Of a stretch of DNA of 64,000 nt, positions 62,677 to 64,000 are shown piece after piece; the first letter of the stretch is position 1; every line of letters begins with the position of its first letter. The notes under the pieces are model-generated. The model ran no database searches, had not been told where the DNA came from, and worked only from the letters and a program-made list of their open reading frames with translations. Both the position numbers and the translations under genes were made by a program. Source of the DNA: Limnochordia bacterium (GTDB taxonomy: Bacteria > Bacillota > Limnochordia > DTU080); assembly GCA_050951545.1 (NCBI GenBank), contig JBMNJG010000005.1:96001-160000 (forward strand), given 5' to 3'.

Positions 62677-62716
62677 AGCATCAAGCCCCTCCGAATTCTA
62701 TTTTCACAACCCGCCG

Positions 62717-64000
62717 TCAACGCACCGACGATCGTCTTCGCCAAGTCAACGGCAGAAAGAGAACCATCACAGCGAAGATCTCCAGACGGCCTACCAACAT
62801 GAGCACACTGAGTAGCACTTTCGCCGACGCTGGCAAGGCGGCGTAGTTACCATGCGGACCCACGATACCGAAGCCAGGCCCCACGTTCCCAAGGGTTGCT
62901 GCTACGGACGATGCTGCACTCAACGGCTCAAGACCATATCCAGCCATGGCCAGCATCCCCAGCAGGAAGACAATCAGATAGGCCGCGACAAACCCCAACG
63001 CAGAACTAACCACCCGCTCGTCAACCACCTCTCCATCAAGGGTAACGTAGCGCACCGCCCGAGGGTGAACTAGCCGCAGCAATTCCCTGTACACGTACTT
63101 CACCACAACAATTACCCGGACAACCTTGATCGCTCCTCCCGTTGAGCCAGCACTGCCCCCCACAAACATGAGTAGCAGCAACAGCAAGCGTGACAATGAG
63201 GGCCAGGTGGCAAAGTTCGCTGACGAAAAACCTGTAGTAGTCATGATAGACGCCACCTGAAAACTGCCGAGTCGAGCCGCCTTTACCAGGCCAACACCCA
63301 GCTGACTCCAGAGATTCAACGTTACCAAGAGACTGCCTATCAGCAAGATCCCCAGATAGACCAAGAACTCCTCACTGCGCAAGAAACTACGCCGCGACCC
63401 AGTCCTCAAGAACCGATAGTGAATCGCGAAATTGGTGCCAGCAAGCACCATGAAAACGAGGATCACCATCTCTATATAGGGGTTCTGAAAGCTCTCGACG
63501 CTGAGGTTGCGACTTGAGAAGCCTCCCGTACCCATGGTACTGAAAGCATGGACTGTGGCTTCGAACAGGCTCATGTTGCCGATGACAAGCAGCAGGGTCA
63601 GAATCAAGGTCAGCCCGGCGTACATCCCCCACAGCACCCTGGCAGTCTGGCGAATACGCGGTCTGAGGCGTTCCGAAACCAATCCGGGCACCTCTGCCTC
63701 AAACAGCTGGCGGCCACTCACCCCAAGTTTGGGCAATACGGCAACAGACAGAACAACAAAGCCCATACCGCCCAACCAATGCAGAAGACTTCGCCACAGG
63801 ATTGTGGCCCTGGGTACCCCTTCTACACCGGCAAAGACGGTTGCCCCGGCAGTGGTTATCCCAGACATAGCCTCGAAAACCCCATCAACGTAAGTGGGCA
63901 GACTCCCCGAAAGCCAGAAAGGCATCCCCCCCAGCAGTGCTACCAGCATCCAGCCGAGCGTGACAATGGCAAAGGCTTCCTTGTGCAGGACGTCATCATC
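62717..64000 (-). CDS. trkH: TrkH family potassium uptake protein (5'-truncated at window edge)
   Basis: FEAMSGITTAGA, WLGGMG, TGGFS, TTTGF, GGSAGSTGG, GNVGPG, GRLE. Confidence 0.93.
   Translation of the reverse strand, partial: DDDVLHKEAFAIVTLGWMLVALLGGMPFWLSGSLPTYVDGVFEAMSGITTAGATVFAGVEGVPRATILWRSLLHWLGGMGFVVLSVAVLPKLGVSGRQLFEAEVPGLVSERLRPRIRQTARVLWGMYAGLTLILTLLLVIGNMSLFEATVHAFSTMGTGGFSSRNLSVESFQNPYIEMVILVFMVLAGTNFAIHYRFLRTGSRRSFLRSEEFLVYLGILLIGSLLVTLNLWSQLGVGLVKAARLGSFQVASIMTTTGFSSANFATWPSLSRLLLLLLMFVGGSAGSTGGAIKVVRVIVVVKYVYRELLRLVHPRAVRYVTLDGEVVDERVVSSALGFVAAYLIVFLLGMLAMAGYGLEPLSAASSVAATLGNVGPGFGIVGPHGNYAALPASAKVLLSVLMLVGRLEIFAVMVLFLPLTWRRRSSVR

Overview
GC-rich chromosomal window from a spore-forming Bacillota (Firmicutes) bacterium. 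The assignment is an inference from SpoVB-, YhcN/YlaJ- and SpoIID-like genes, a T-box riboswitch, Rex, GAAC-N4-GTTC SOS-type boxes and an OLE RNA. Most of the window is housekeeping and carbohydrate genes: murR-murQ-MFS, metal and corrinoid/iron ABC transporters, GH4/GH2/GH57-like galactosidases, plsY, an SbcD/YhaN-like pair, tyrS, degV, secDF, rex, fucI, tandem CBM9-like proteins and trkH. Five things stand out. (1) A non-coding tandem array of five and a partial ~408-bp units (34844-37038) lies directly upstream of a split gene for a double winged-helix + PD-(D/E)xK-like nuclease, with SOS-like boxes on both sides of that gene. (2) A 116-aa upstream ORF has a stop-codon region that can base-pair over the secDF Shine-Dalgarno, the layout of an arrest-peptide sensor. 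(3) An OLE RNA-oapA unit has its own sigma-A promoter. (4) A structured leader with a terminator that I cannot assign precedes a Btu/Fec-type ABC operon. (5) An ImmA/ImmR-like switch occurs with no mobile element. Three genes carry apparent single frameshifts, so sequence errors are possible. All calls come from reading the sequence by eye; no database searches were run.
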